Shown: positions 12,354 to 26,772 of the stretch, one piece after another | Layout of the letters: each line of letters begins with the position of its first letter | How positions within the stretch are numbered: the first letter of the stretch is position 1 | NCBI GenBank assembly: GCA_951406725.2 | Contig: OX597819.1 | Coordinates: forward strand, 7,006,001 to 7,070,000 | Source: Octopus vulgaris | Taxonomy: Eukaryota | Direction: 5' to 3' | Length of the DNA: 64,000 nucleotides | Notes under the pieces: model-generated | Seen by the model: only the letters and a program-made list of their open reading frames with translations | Database searches by the model: none | What the model was told of the DNA's origin: nothing | Translations under genes and position numbers: made by a program

Positions 12354-13379
12354 CACATATATATATGCACATTTATATATGAACACACACATATATATAT
12401 GTATACTCATTTATATATATACACATATATATGTACCTACAGAAGCACACACACATATATATATGCATATATATATATATAATATACACATTTACGTATA
12501 TACGTACGTATGTGAGCGTGTGTGTGTGTGGGAGAGAGAGAGAGCGTAGGTGTTCCAGTTCGCATTTTATAGATAAGGTCGTGATTAATAATTTTAAAGG
12601 TTTATGAGAAATATCTTTAAAAAAATATAATTAAAAAGTGTGCATATATGTACGTACATGTGTCAACCAGTGAAATGTGTGTGAGTATGTGCATATGTCT
12701 CTATATATGTATGTTTGTATGCATTTATGCATGCATATATGTATGTATGCATGTATGTATGTATGCGTGTGCATGTATGCTTGTATGCATGTGCGTGCGT
12801 GCGTGTGTATGTGTGTATGTATATATGTTTGTATTCTTTAGCTTCTTCATTATCATCGATGAAATTATAGTTTTCTCCCGTACTATCCAGAGTACATCGA
12901 TAGTTTTCAGATAAAAAATATGTAATAAAACGTTTAAAAAGGTCAAAAACACCAATAATATGAATTATAATACAAATAACTTTACTTCTTTTTAAGCCGA
13001 TGGGAAATGAAAGACTAAGTGACATCCCATCTTTTCATTTCTACACACACGCATGCACACAGCAGAATAACTTACGTAGGCATCAGATACAATTCTCTCT
13101 CCATCTCCAAGACAGTGAGGCGTCAACATCCTGTCCAAGTACGTCGTCTTAGATACAGATATGTCTAGTATATCAATCTCTATCAATAACACCATATGGC
13201 CTGCCATCAGTAATAGCGGCCCAATTGCTAGTTGCCATCTTTTACTTGTTCCATTCGGTTACCTAAGTCTGACGGGCTCGGTTAGTTTAGTGAGCCGAAT
13301 CATACTGTTAAATAATATAAACACACACACACAAACACACACAAACATATATATATATATATATATATAATTATTATTA

Positions 13380-13763
13380 TTTCAGGGAATAAAATCCAAA
13401 GTTTACAAGGAAAAAAATTCAATTTAGAAATACCAAATCAAATTTCACACAATATAATATATATATATAAAATTAGAAAAAAACTACCTTTTATCAATTC
13501 AAAATGAACAATTAAATTACACCATCTAGAAAATTACATATAATAGAAATATTAAAAGTAAAATAACAATAAAATGTCAATGATTAAGTAAATTGCAAAA
13601 AAATAATAATAAAAACGTATATAAGTTGTAGAATAACGAACGTGTTTCGTGGCTATATTTAAGAAATGATTATAGTAGTAGAGAAATCATTTCGATATAA
13701 ATATAGTCACTCATCAGGTTAAAAATAAACTAGAACAATAAAATAATTAATTAATTAATATAC

Positions 13764-13839
<76 letters not shown>

Positions 13840-15060
13840 ATACTAAATATACATAAGTGAAAACTAAAACTATACTTAAATTATTAAATACTTTAAAATT
13901 AAGCAAAATACACAAAGCTATTACAAGTCATTAAATTGTAATCAAAATAAGAAATGGTTCAAATATAGACAAACTCCTTAAATAAGCTAACCATATAATA
14001 AATATATATGTGTAGTATCTATAGATTTAATATAAGAATCTATACCAAAGTTGACTAAATATCAAATAATATAATACCTAATTAACTTAAAATTTAATAT
14101 TACAAATAAATAAAGCACCTAATAGTTAAATAATATATTGTCTGACGAAATTAATTCTTAAATTAAATTAAATGTAATTTGTTAGACCCCTTTATATATA
14201 AATATATATATATATTTTTTTTAATTTAAAATTTTAAAAATATAGGAATTAATATCTATCGTAACTTATATCTATCAATATATATAAAAAGATATAATAG
14301 TGAGAATAATATGTTAATGGAAAGTAAGAAACCTATCAAGCCCAAAATTAAAGAAAGGTGCAAAAATATTAGAACCAAAGAACAATACACAAAGAAGATG
14401 TACAATCACAATCACCAGTCTTATACAAAGCCAGTCAATAACAATAACAATAATAACAACGATCAAACTCAAAATAATAACAAGATTTAACCAATATTGA
14501 TAAACAAACTAAATTACTAAGTTCAACGATTAATTTAATCTATCTGGATTTTAAATTTATTAATATGTTTTAGCGTCTAATTAATATACTCAATACAATT
14601 CCTCTTCATGACTAATACAATCAAAAATTTGAAATAGTACAAATATACTAAAATCCATTATATAAACTAGTTATATTAATATCCATGTATAATATCTATA
14701 GATTAAATATATCACACGATAAAAAGGTTAAACATAAACTTTATATTAAAATAAAAACTAGTTTATTTTAAAATAATACTATATAATGAAAAAATTATCT
14801 AATTATTAAAAGAAATTTAGTCTAACAATATTAATTCTCAAATTAAATAATTTGTAAAACGTTAAAATCCTTTATAATAATTAAAGGATAACATATCCAA
14901 AATCGAACGTAAAAAATACTATCAAGAAACTATAAATAAATAATAATTTTACAACAAGAATAATAATAACAAGAATAATAATAATATTTCAAAAACAACG
15001 AAATAGAGAAGCGATAAAATGTCAAACTTAGCTTTGCGAAGTGAAACGCGACGAACTTCT
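13380..15060 (-). mobile_element. AT-rich non-coding element carrying a hammerhead (PLE-derived?)
   Basis: Extremely AT-rich block; canonical HHR core on minus at 13634-13721; motif cttagctttgcga (15027-15039) shared with the end of the similar block at 26321-26333. Boundaries approximate. Confidence 0.55.
13634..13721 (-). ncRNA. Type I hammerhead ribozyme with extended stem II
   Basis: Minus strand: taac-CTGATGA-gtgactatattta...gaaatgatt/aatcatttc...taaatatagccac-GAAA-cacgttc-gtta. Confidence 0.75.
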
Positions 15061-15189
15061 TCAAAATCTGACTACCACACCCACTCATAAGTTGGTGTGG
15101 TAAAAGATGCCAGGCAGTGGAACTGAACCAAGAAACATGCTACTGGAAGCAAACTTCTTACCACACACCCACGTTTGCGGTTATAATTC

Positions 15190-15299
<110 letters not shown>

Positions 15300-15304
15300 T
15301 ATGT

Positions 15305-15940
15305 ATGGTGGTTGTATACTCCTCGTGCAGACCACCTCTTTTACCTACACCTTAGATCCAACCAGACAATGTATTGAAAAGACACCCACATAGATTACAT
15401 ATCCGATTTGGACCACCAAGAGCGGCAGTTAAGTTCTGATCTTTGTGAATCTTAAAATGTCTTTTGAGGCCTCCGTTAGATTTGCTAACCTTCTGACATA
15501 CACAGCATTGAAAAGTGTGCACAGATATATAGGCAGAGTAGTTGGTGGAGTTTCGTTTATCATGGATCCGCAAATGAGATTTGAACCCAACAAAAGAAAG
15601 GCATGGTCTGTCACAAACTGCGCACACAAAAAGGTCATTGGGATTCACCTTCTCGATCGCAACATTCTTCTCTGAATCCCTTTTCAGTCTTGCATGTGTC
15701 ATTCTGGCCTCCTCAAAAGCTTTCACTCCACTCCACACTTTTCGTCATCCAGCTCGATCCGAGGATGTGAATGAGACAAAAGAAAAATGAAATACACTTA
15801 GACATGATGATGATAACGCAGTCCTTCTGACAGACAAGGATCTGTAAATAAGGCCAATTCGGGTGCCCCACCAATCCAAGATTACGCTGAACACCAAGAG
15901 CAAGTGTCAGCTCCAACATTCATTCTCCTCCCTATAGGCA
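15305..15940 (-). mobile_element. RTE-type LINE 3' remnant with C2H2 zinc fingers, internally deleted
   Basis: ORF 15352-15738: VWSGVKAFEEAR, CAVC..KSHLRIH, CCVC..KRHFKIH, CNLC; homologous to 37446-38118; abuts (GATA)n. Confidence 0.8.
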
Positions 15941-16049
15941 GAAGTTTAGTGTGGCTTCATCCAATCTTGCCAGTTTTGGCAAAAAAAATCCTCCCCAATG
16001 ATAGATCTAAATAACAAAGTGAACTCAGTGATAAAAAATCTACAGATGA

Positions 16050-16255
16050 TATTAACCTCTCTGTCTATATATCTACCCTCTTTGTAATGTTGGCAAATGA
16101 AATAAGTATAAAAATGTACATTGTCCATTTAATAAAAAAATTCTATTGCTCGACATTTTAAAACTGATGTAATACTTACAGTGTTTCACAAAATGAAGTA
16201 GCATGAAACGATTGTACTACACTACCTTGGATATCCTTATTGTTTATTTTGATTA
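16050..16255 (+). mobile_element. pLTR-like repeat, inverted copy of 17210-17425, HHR core deleted
   Basis: Matches the reverse complement of 17210-17425 but lacks the gtagctgaaga segment. Confidence 0.75.
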
Positions 16256-16275
16256 TATATATATATATATACATA

Positions 16276-16378
<103 letters not shown>

Positions 16379-17245
16379 CTTACGAAAGCTATAAATAACA
16401 CAAATGTTGTGTGTATGACAGATTATGTCTTTCATTTCGTTCAACAGTTTTGAGCGTTACATGTATAACCCTTATATAGTTGAATATTTTAGATAAAATC
16501 TATATAAAATACATTTTGTAAGATTATATCACCAACAATAGGTGTAATCAGTTTGTATCAAATTATTTGAATATATAAAAGATAAGTAAACGAACCAAGA
16601 CATGGCGTTTTCGAACAAAAACAACGTTTTCCGTAATTTATTCGTCAATCAGGAATTTGATAATAATTGCGAATTCCAGTTGCCATTGTTATTTCCATTA
16701 ACAGTACTGATAGACCTTGGAACAAATAATTAAAGATATATAAACATTATACTGCATTATTGCTGAATCGATAAAAATTTTCTTTTCGCTGAAACGTAAT
16801 ACTACTGTATACTTAGGATAGACTACAACGATGTAAATTTACGAAACGTATGAAACAATTGGATTTTCATAAATTCGGTGTAAATCAAAGCAAAACCAAA
16901 TAATGGATTATGAAAAAGAATGTAAGGAAATAAATGTGTGTACGCGTATATACACATGCATGCACACACAAACGAATACATACAATCTAATAAATACATA
17001 GGGATATGTGTACAATGGAAAGAAAAAAGCACTCAATACGTCTAGTGAAGTAATATGTAGTGACAGTTCAGATATGCATACATAGATACAGACAGAGACA
17101 GACAAACATATATATATATATATATATCTGTTCAGCAAAATTTAGATTTAGATGAATATGGTACTAGAATTTTGTATGGTATTATCCATATAAATCAAAT
17201 GAGGTGATTATAATCAAAATAAGCAACAAGGATATCCAAAGTAGA

Positions 17246-17327
17246 GTAGTACAATTGTTTCATGCTACTTCATTTTATTAAATGCTGTATTACATCAGTT
17301 TTAAAATGTCGAGCAATCTTCAGCTAC
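17246..17327 (-). ncRNA. Type I hammerhead ribozyme within pLTR-like repeat 17150-17430
   Basis: Minus strand: gtag-CTGAAGA-ttgct...agcat-GAAA-caattg-TA^ctac; 4-bp stem I, palindromic stem III, GUA triplet. Partial inverted copy at 17484-17551. Confidence 0.82.
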
Positions 17328-17547
17328 ATATAGAATTTTTCAATCAAACGGACAATGCACATTCTTATCCCTATTTCATTTGCCAACATTACAAAGCGGG
17401 TAGATATATGGACAGAGAGGTTAATTTCACTCTTAAGAACATTATAGTAGTATGTTCATTCTCAGTCTGTAGATTTTAGTGCTTAATAAAATGAAGTAGC
17501 ATGAAACAATTGTACTACTCTACTTTCGATATCCGTGTTGCTTATTT

Positions 17548-17649
<102 letters not shown>

Positions 17650-17680
17650 GTATATACATATATATGTATATATATATACA

Positions 17681-18020
17681 TATATTGTTATATTTCGGAA
17701 TGGTCATTTTGCCAGTTTAGCCAATAAAAACACACGCACTATATATTTGGTGTTATTTTTCTTCAGTGTTATTTATTTTTTACATTAATCTTAATCTTAT
17801 TTCGGCTGACGGTTAGTAAGGAGAGACACAAATAAGAAAGAAGAAAACAAAGGACCACTGATGTGGTCACAGGAGTGTGACGAAAGAACTTTGGCCGAAA
17901 TAAGATTAAGATTAATGTAAAAAATAAATATCACTGAAGCAAAATAACACCAAATATATAGTGCGTGTGTTTTTATTGGCTAAACTGGCAATATGACCAT
18001 TCCGAAATATAACAATATAT
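17681..18020. mobile_element. Inverted pLTR pair (~125-bp arms) around a hammerhead-like motif
   Basis: 17681-17805 is the reverse complement of 17893-18020; spacer carries cca-CTGATGT-g-gtcaca-ggag-tgtgac-GAAA-gaactt-tgg (17855-17894). Confidence 0.75.
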
Positions 18021-18103
18021 GTTTCAACACACGACTTCACATAAAAAATCTTGCACAACAAATATTTAAACGTACATATATACATATATATATATATATA
18101 TAT

Positions 18104-19185
18104 ATGCGAGGAAGAGTCAAAAATTATACGCACACTTTATCAATGTATTTACATAAAATCAGGGGATAAGCAAGTAGGTCATTTTTCTATATAGTCTCCT
18201 TCTTTTTCAATGCACTTGGTCCCCTAGTTCACAAGCTTGCGTATTCCCTCCAAGAAGGTTTTTGGTTTGTCGTGAAACCATTCGTGCACTGCTTCCTTCA
18301 TATCTTCATCTGTAGGAAATCGATGACCTCATAAACCATCTTTTTAGCGATCCAAAGATAAGATAATCAGAGGGGGAGAGATCTGGGCTGAAGGCAAGGT
18401 GTTCCAGCACCTCAAAACCCAATTGGTTAATGGTTTCTACAGTCTGTGTGGCCGTGTGTGAACGTGCATTGTCATGCAACAACAAAACTTTCTTCGACAA
18501 TAGGCTTTGGTGTTTGGTGGGAATTGCTGGCTTCAGTCTGTTGGCCAGTAAAGCACTGTATCTTGCACTGTTGATCACAGACCCCTCTTTTAGAGAAATC
18601 AGGTCACTGCTCTTTGTTCTTTTGTTTTGTGCACATTGCTAGTAAAGCAACCATGCGCAGGAGTGGCTGTGTGGTAAGTAGCTTGCTAACCAACCACATG
18701 GTTCCGGGTTCAGTCCCACTGCGTGGCACCTTGGGCAAGTGTCTTCTGTCATAGCCCCTGGCCGACCAATGCCTTGTGAGTGGATTTGGTAGACGGAAAC
18801 TGAAAGAAGCCTGTCGTATATATATATATATATATGTGTGTATGTGTTTGTGTATGTGTTTGTGTGTGCGTGTTTGTCCCCCTAGCATTGCTTGACAACC
18901 GATGCTGGTGTGTTTACGTCCCCGTCACTTAGCAGTTCGGCAAAAGAGACCGATAGAATAAGTACTGGGCTTACAAAGAATAAGTCCTGAGGTCGATTTG
19001 CTCGACTAAAGGCGGTGCTCCAGCATGGCCGCAGTCAAATGACTGAAACAAGTAAAAGAGTAAAGAGTAAGAGTATGCTTGTACAGTAAATCCAGAAATA
19101 AAATGGCACGATCAGGCCCAAACTTCGATCACGTGACTACAATAGTACCAACTATAAGCACGCATGCGCAGAAGGCAGTGTGACA
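18104..19185 (-). mobile_element. Internally deleted mariner transposon interrupted by SINE B
   Basis: LLLHDNARSH..GFEVLEH..FSPDLSPSDY (ORF 18306-18578); N-terminal M.ALLAMCTK..EQRAV at 18600-18655; end tatgcgaggaagagtcaaaaatt. Upstream boundary approximate. Confidence 0.82.
18657..19074 (+). mobile_element. SINE B copy inside the mariner, next to its start codon
   Basis: Full-length match to family B. Confidence 0.92.
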
Positions 19186-19468
19186 ATAATAAAGATACAT
19201 ACATACACAATAATAAAGATACATACATCCACATATATACATACAAACATACATACATGTTAAGTTAGAGGTGTTAAGCCCTCTAGGGGATAGAAGTATC
19301 CAGAGGCACTCCTGGCATTTACCTCAGTAAGTATGGTCCATGGTATGAGGTGTACGGCAGCAGGTAATTTATAAAGGTAAACCGTAGTTTAATGTATACG
19401 TCTATATAAATACATATATACATATATATATATATATATGTATATATGTGTGTATATATATATATGTA

Positions 19469-19500
<32 letters not shown>

Positions 19501-19654
19501 AATTTATATATAGAGGGCATTATTATACATACATGCCACACGCTACGAGGGACATTAGTCATTTCTACCAAAAACTTTTACTAATCCTACCCAATGCAAT
19601 TTTTTCAAAGCAAGACATTTAAAAAAATGAATATATATATATATATATATATAT

Positions 19655-20882
19655 TTGAGGTGAGCTGAAAGTTCGTAGATGATGTTAGACCAATGAAATT
19701 AATTGCTGCATTGTTTCTTTCCAGGTAAACTGACATCTCTCTGTTCGAAGAAAATTTCAAAAGTACCTAGTAACAACTTCTCTTGGAAATGGGCAAAATT
19801 TGGCACGTGACACTATCAAGTATCTCCAGAAAAAAGGGTTTAGTCCCACTCGAGCTGACTTAGTTGCTACATTAAGGGATGGCGCTCCAGCTTTACCAAC
19901 ATTGCAAAAATGGTCAGCTGAAATTAGGACGTTAAGGGCAAATGTTGAAGATGATCCAAGATTTGGACGTCCTAAAACTGTCACAACCGAGGAAAACCAT
20001 TATCGTGTTCACCACATGGGGATGGATGTCAGGCGATTGACTTATAAATCAAATAACCAACGCTAATAGCATATCACGTGAGAGAGTAGAGTATATTCTG
20101 TACAATGAACTTGGCATGACGAAGGCTTCTGCTTGGTGGGTGCCACGTCTTCTGACACCTGATCAAAAGTGTACCAAGCTGATCACATCAAGGAAAAATT
20201 TGACATTGTTTGAGGCAGATCTAGTTGGCTCCCTTAAACGTTTCCTAAGCCAGGATGAGTGTTGAGTTCCTCACTTTCAGCCAGAGCCAGAGAAAAAGAG
20301 ACAATTCATGCAGTAGAAACACCCCTCCTCACCTGCTCCAGAAGAAGGCCAAGGTCGTTTCGTCTGCAGGAAATGATGGCCTCAGTTTTTGGGGATGCAA
20401 AACGCATTGTGTTTATTGACTATCTTCAAAAGGACCACACCAGCAATGGAAAGTACCATGTCATCTTGCTGAGACAGTTACGAAATGCTATCAAGGTCAA
20501 ACGCCGAAATGAGTCTTGTTTCATCAGGGCAGTGCTCCAGTACAGATTTCCTTTGTTTCAATGGCGGCTGTGAGTGACTGTGAGTGTTGATCAAACTCCC
20601 TATTCTCCTGATTTCGTCCCATCTAACTATCATCTTTCCCCAGCATGAAAAAGCACTTGGTTGAGAACCAGTATCGCAGTGATGAGAACGTCATATATGA
20701 TGTTGTTGTTTTCTTTGACCAACAGAATGAAAGCTTCTTCACAAATGGAGTCCAAGCACTACAATACCGATGGAAAAAAATGTGTGAACCGCAGAGGGTA
20801 CTATGCTGAAAAATAAACCTCATTTGGTCACATTCCATAACAGTATTTTGATCAGCCCTTTAACTTTAAGTTGAGTATCGTA
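19655..20882 (+). mobile_element. Degenerate mariner transposon
   Basis: HTH region VEDDPRFGRPKT (ORF 19800), WVPRLLTPDQK (~20136), MMASVFGDAKRIVFIDYLQK (ORF 20259), PYSPDFVPSNY (~20600); frameshifted; flanked by TA repeats. Confidence 0.85.
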
Positions 20883-20897
20883 TATAAATATATATCT

Positions 20898-20957
<60 letters not shown>

Positions 20958-21587
20958 GGAGGAGGGGAGAGAGAGAGAAATCGCACGTAAATATAATTAT
21001 AAAAGCAAGTGTATAAAAGGCAACTGTAGATAGAATTATGCCACTAAATTTACATGCAAAGAAATATAACTAAATCTTGTCTCTCCGAAAATTACCTAAC
21101 ATATTATAATTGTGAGTCAAATTGTGATGAAAATACAAATCGTTATTGGAAAAATATTAATCACAGCTACAACAATAGAATTATATTATCAAATCAAGTA
21201 CATTGGAGAAAATATACACGTTAGTAGTTAAATGAAATTATTTCAAAATGAATAATGAATATATGCGAATACACACTAAATAATGAGATATGACATAGCA
21301 AAAGTGGATTAGAATGAAGAAAGGATGTATTAGTATTTAAGGTGGGATGTTCCAGAAATCTTTTTGGCTTGTATTTCTTTCAGTCGTTAGACTGAGTCCA
21401 TTCTGGGGCACCACCTTGAAGAATTTTAGTCAAATGAATCGGCCCTAGTACGTTTTTATTTTTTAAGCCTGATACTTGTGCTATCGGCATCTTTTGTCGA
21501 ACCGCCAAGTTATGGGAATGCAAACACACACACACACACATACACATATATAATATATATAAATATATATAATATATATAAATAAAA

Positions 21588-21797
21588 GGCGGTGAGCTGG
21601 CAGAAATGCGTAGCCGTATTTCGTCTGCCGGTACGCTCTGAGTTCAAATTCCGCCGAGGTCGACTTTGCCTTTCATCCTTTCGGGGTCGATAAATAAAGT
21701 ACCAGTTACGCACTGGGGTCGATGTAATCGACTTAATCCCTTTGTCTGTCCTTGTTTATCCCCTCTATGTTTAGCCCCTTGTGAGCAGTAAAGAAAT
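21588..21797 (+). mobile_element. SINE C copy (tail ...gtaaagaaata)
   Basis: Matches 60747-60977 with a small head deletion. Confidence 0.88.
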
Positions 21798-21885
21798 AAA
21801 TATATATAAATAAATAGATATATATAGGTAAAAACGGTAAGATAACAAAAGAAAGAAAGAGACCTCAATATTATGTAAATAGAGG

Positions 21886-22299
21886 AAATTTATCTGTAAA
21901 ATAATATGTGACAATTATTCGGTAGCCAAGATGAAACTCTGGGTTTCGGATGTCGAGGTGGAAATCCACACCAGCATCTCTTCATACACATATGCATAGA
22001 CACAAACACACACACACACAAACACACACATACACACACACACATACATACATACATACATACATACATACATACATACATACATACATACATACATACA
22101 TACATACATACATACATACATACATACATACAGAGAGCGACAGAAGCAGTGTTAGTACCCAAAAATAATCTTTATATCCAGTTTAATGTGGACCTCTATT
22201 TAGATAACCGAAGAGATGGTGGTGTGGATTTCCACCTCAGCATCCGAAACTCAGAGTTTTATCTTGGCTACCGAATAATTGTCACATATTATTTTATAG

Positions 22300-22304
<5 letters not shown>
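21886..22304. mobile_element. Inverted pLTR-like repeats (~95 bp) with decayed hammerhead motif
   Basis: 21886-21981 is the reverse complement of 22211-22304; motif gatg-CTGGTGT-ggat..atcc-GAAA-c..gttt-catc. A 43-bp direct repeat also occurs at ~22131 and ~22524. Confidence 0.6.
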
Positions 22305-22378
<74 letters not shown>

Positions 22379-22880
22379 GGTGATTATACAGCCGCATATA
22401 TAAATAGATACGTTGCATGCAAACATACAAACGTACATACATACATACATACATACATACATACATACATACATACATACATACATACATACATACATAC
22501 ATACATACAAATACACAAACATACAGAGAGCGACAGAAGCAGTGTTAGCACCAAAAAATAATCTTTTTAGAATACCAGATTCTGCATTGAGAGGTCCTCT
22601 CATATAGACGCAAGATGCATAAATGACAGAGATATATCGGAGGAGACTAGAATCATCTGCTATTTCAGCGCTTTTATATGCAATGTGTCTGTATTAGAGG
22701 ACCACTCAGGACGAATATCTCCAGTATTCGGCGTTCTAACAAGACATCCACGTTAAGTTGAATATAAAGTTTGCTTTTTGATACTAATATTGCTTCGGTC
22801 GCTCATAATTGTCTTCTAATAAGTTAGGTGGCCATTTGCGGCACCGGTTACTGAAAGCACCCTAAAACTCTCTCTCCCCT

Positions 22881-22951
<71 letters not shown>

Positions 22952-22989
22952 TTATATGAGTATATATGTAATTTGGTTTATACCTTAGA

Positions 22990-23116
22990 ATCTCCGAAGA
23001 GGCCTTAGGATATTTTTGTGAATGTCTCATTTATAACTTCATATTGACATACTATACATGGCTAATATAGGTAAAATGAGACATACTTATCTGCGTGGCC
23101 GAAACAGCTGTAAGAT
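22990..23116 (+). ncRNA. Type I hammerhead ribozyme with ~100-nt stem II domain
   Basis: atct-CCGAAGA-ggcc...(tgtctcattt/aaatgagaca)...ggcc-GAAA-cagctg-TA^agat. Confidence 0.78.
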
Positions 23117-23340
23117 ATAGTGTATATTTATATTTATATCTATTTATATTTATTTATTTATATCCTCTTATAATGATTGTACTTATTGTATTGTATTACT
23201 CATTCATGTACGCTGTTTTGTTATATATTTTTATGTTTAACCTTAATGTTCTTATGTAGTGGTTTAATAAAGTATGTGATTGGGTATTATTATCTGGTAG
23301 TTGATTAATGATTTAGATGTATTTCTCCATTTTCTTATTT

Positions 23341-23386
<46 letters not shown>

Positions 23387-23567
23387 CGTACACTCCTACA
23401 ACACCGTTTTCTTTACGAGCTATAAAGGCAGAAGCAAATCTGCCTTCGCGCGTCTGAGTTTCGCTTATTTTCTGTGTTTTACAACATAAAGGTCACCAAC
23501 TGCCTACTCTGAATAACTACTGACGGTACGTGCCTCACACACATACACGCGCACGCACACACACGCA

Positions 23568-23672
<105 letters not shown>

Positions 23673-23818
23673 TAATCAGGATTAATCAGCCGAAATTGCT
23701 AGGATGATCCGGTTCCTTACTGAAGATTAGAGGCTTCGAATGACCCGTCCGTTTTTTGTGTCGTCTCTTTGTGTGTTTTGCGTTCTTGTACCATTTTGTA
23801 TTTTTATATATAATTTTT

Positions 23819-23862
<44 letters not shown>

Positions 23863-24241
23863 ATATATCAATACGAAGCAAATAATTCACGAGAAAAAAT
23901 AATTTGCGAAGATACCATTGGAGTATGTTATTATCTAGTGTAACAATTTAAAAGTGATAATAACAGAATCAATAATATAGGCGACTGCAGGCCAAAAAGA
24001 AACAGTATTAGATAGCTGAAGGATTAAAATTAATCAAAGGACATACTAAGTCTGTCTACCTGCTGGAAATAACACTCAAAATTCTTATTTAAATCGCCAA
24101 AATACACTTATAATAACAACAGAAATCAAGCGCCCGAAGGCACCGGGCTAAGAAAATCTGCCAACTTACATTTAAGTATCTGGACTCAATTGGACTAGTT
24201 TCTGCACTGGCAAAATTAGGCTCAGCTTCCTCAGCATATGT

Positions 24242-24351
24242 TACCATGATAGAGACTCCCAACCCGTCATGTTGAAGTCTTTCGCTGCGACTGATTCGTT
24301 TTGCGCCGAAATCATGGCAGCCACCACGGGTTGGGAATCTCTATCATGGTA
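24242..24351. mobile_element. Small MITE-like foldback
   Basis: taccatgatagagactcccaacccgt ... acgggttgggaatctctatcatggta; 26-bp arms, one mismatch. Confidence 0.6.
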
Positions 24352-24358
24352 TATATAC

Positions 24359-24442
<84 letters not shown>

Positions 24443-24444
24443 AT

Positions 24445-24844
24445 CACTCTTTTTAATCTTTTACTTGTTTCAGTCATTTTGACTGCGGCCATGCTGGAGC
24501 ACCGCCTTTAGTCGAACAAATCGACTCCGGGACTTATTCTTTGTAAGCCCAGTGCTTATTTTATCGGTCTCTTTTGCCGAACCGCTAAGTGACGGGGACG
24601 TAAACACACCAGCATTGGTTGTCAAGCAATGCTAGGGAGACAAACACAGACACACAAACACACACATATACATATATATATATACATATATATATACATA
24701 TATACGACAGGCTTCTTTCAGTTACCGTCATTGGTCGGCCCGTGGCTATAGCAGAAGACACTTGTCCAAGATGCCACGCAGTGGGACTGAACCCGGAACC
24801 ATGTGGTTGGTTAGCAAGCTTCTTACCACACAGCCACTCCTGCG

Positions 24845-24847
<3 letters not shown>
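24445..24847 (-). mobile_element. SINE B copy
   Basis: Reverse-complement match to family B with a small internal deletion. Confidence 0.9.
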
Positions 24848-24900
<53 letters not shown>

Positions 24901-25021
24901 GGTCCCGGGTTGATTCGGGGTTAACCACAGTAAGTAGGTACTCAATACATAGCAGAGTAAAATTAATTTATATAGAAGGATACAGGACTAGTACTGTTTC
25001 ATTCAAGAGAAATCTTCAGGA

Positions 25022-25071
25022 AGCTTCCTGAAGATTTCTCTTGAATGAAACAGTACTATCCTGTAGAAGCT
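25022..25071 (+). ncRNA. Compact type I hammerhead ribozyme in one arm of a DNA palindrome
   Basis: agcttc-CTGAAGA-tttc-tctt-gaat-GAAA-cag-tactatc-ctg-TA^gaagct; 6-bp stem I, 4-bp stem III, GUA triplet; perfect palindrome 24989-25058. Confidence 0.82.
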
Positions 25072-25149
25072 CCTTCTATATAATAAATATATATATATAT
25101 ATATATATTATTATTATTATTATTATTATTATTTTAATTTTTTTTTTTT

Positions 25150-26340
25150 TTTTTTATAAATATAACTATCAAAAAGTATTAAAAAGTTTAATATAAGATA
25201 AAGAGTAAAACCACTACGATCGTTTCATGCCCATAACATAATTCGAACAACAATAATTTAAATTCAATTAATAATTCGAATTATGGTTATAGTCAATCTT
25301 CAGGTTAATGATGATATTTAAATAAATAAAAATATTTAAACAATATTTTTAAAGAAATAAATAAAATAATAATTTTTCTTATAAAAAACTCTATTATCAA
25401 ACTAGAAACTTTAACAATTATGATTATGTCATACAATCGATTATAATTTTAAATATTAAATTTTAAGGTAAGAAGCCCACAAATAATCTAATCTCAGTTA
25501 TAGTCAATATCTAATTACATAAATATTTTACAAAAAAAAATGACTATTCATATTATTAAATATAATTTCAAGTCAAATAATTATATAATATTTGAATAAT
25601 AACTAAATTATCAATGAAAATATATAAATGTATATAAATATAAGAATTAAGATATAAAATTATCTCTATCAATAAATATATACGCACGTATAATAAAGAC
25701 CTAATAAATTAATTATTCATTATTACTTATAAAAATATTAAAAGATTAAAGATGAAATAGCTAATTGTAAACAAACAAACAAACAATCTTAAATGAACGC
25801 TATAACTAATTAACGATCCATATATCTCGTTGGCTAACTAATAACTTTCAAAAATCGTATAGTTAAGAAACTAAAATGAAATAATAAAATACTTAATGAA
25901 ATAATCAATCCGTAGTCATATAGCATCAAATAAATACTATGAATATATTTATCAATGGAAAAAAATTACTACCAATTATCAATTTAAAAAAAACAATATA
26001 TAAGTTATAATAACAATTATAAAAACTTTAAGATAACTATCAACATTATTTAAGACTAAAAGTTATGCTATTAATACATGTATATACATGAAACCTAACT
26101 TTAAAAAAACTCGTATAACTGTTAACGATCTATATATCTCTTTGGCTAAGTAAAGTCTTACGAATAAACGTAAAGTTAAAATCTAATAATTATGTTAAAA
26201 AAACTACGACAACTAGATCATTACATAACCATCAGTATTTATATAAAATACAATATTATACAATAAGACTTATTAAAATATTTAAATTTTAAAATTTAAA
26301 ATCTTAAATATAAATGTATACTTAGCTTTGCGAGGTTTTG
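25150..26340 (-). mobile_element. Second AT-rich hammerhead-bearing element
   Basis: Minus 25211-25306: CTGAAGA-ttgactataaccataattcgaa...ttcgaattatgttatgggcat-GAAA-cgatcg-TA; internal ~40-bp direct repeat (~25801 and ~26115); end motif shared with 15027. Confidence 0.6.
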
Positions 26341-26349
26341 TGATGAATA

Positions 26350-26350
26350 C

Positions 26351-26400
<50 letters not shown>

Positions 26401-26463
26401 ATGTATGTATGTATGTATATGTATGCATGTATGATTGTATATGTATGTATGTATGTATGTATG

Positions 26464-26495
<32 letters not shown>

Positions 26496-26585
26496 TGTAT
26501 GTATGCGTGTGCATGTATGCTTGTATGCATGTGCGTGCGTGTGTATGTGTGTATGTATGTATGTATATGTATGCATGTATGTATG

Positions 26586-26640
<55 letters not shown>

Positions 26641-26737
26641 ATGTATGTATGTATGTATGTATGTATGCATGCATGTATGTATGTATGCATGTATGTATGT
26701 ATGCATGTATGATTGTATATGTATGCATGTATGTATG

Positions 26738-26769
<32 letters not shown>

Positions 26770-26772
26770 TGT
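26350..26772. repeat. Compound (TATG)n microsatellite
   Basis: Direct observation. Confidence 0.95.

Noticed and set aside
23720-23750. ctgaaga motif as another hammerhead (also 5128, 11642, 29143, 44214, 61234)
   Set aside because: No correctly placed GAAA or pairing stems.
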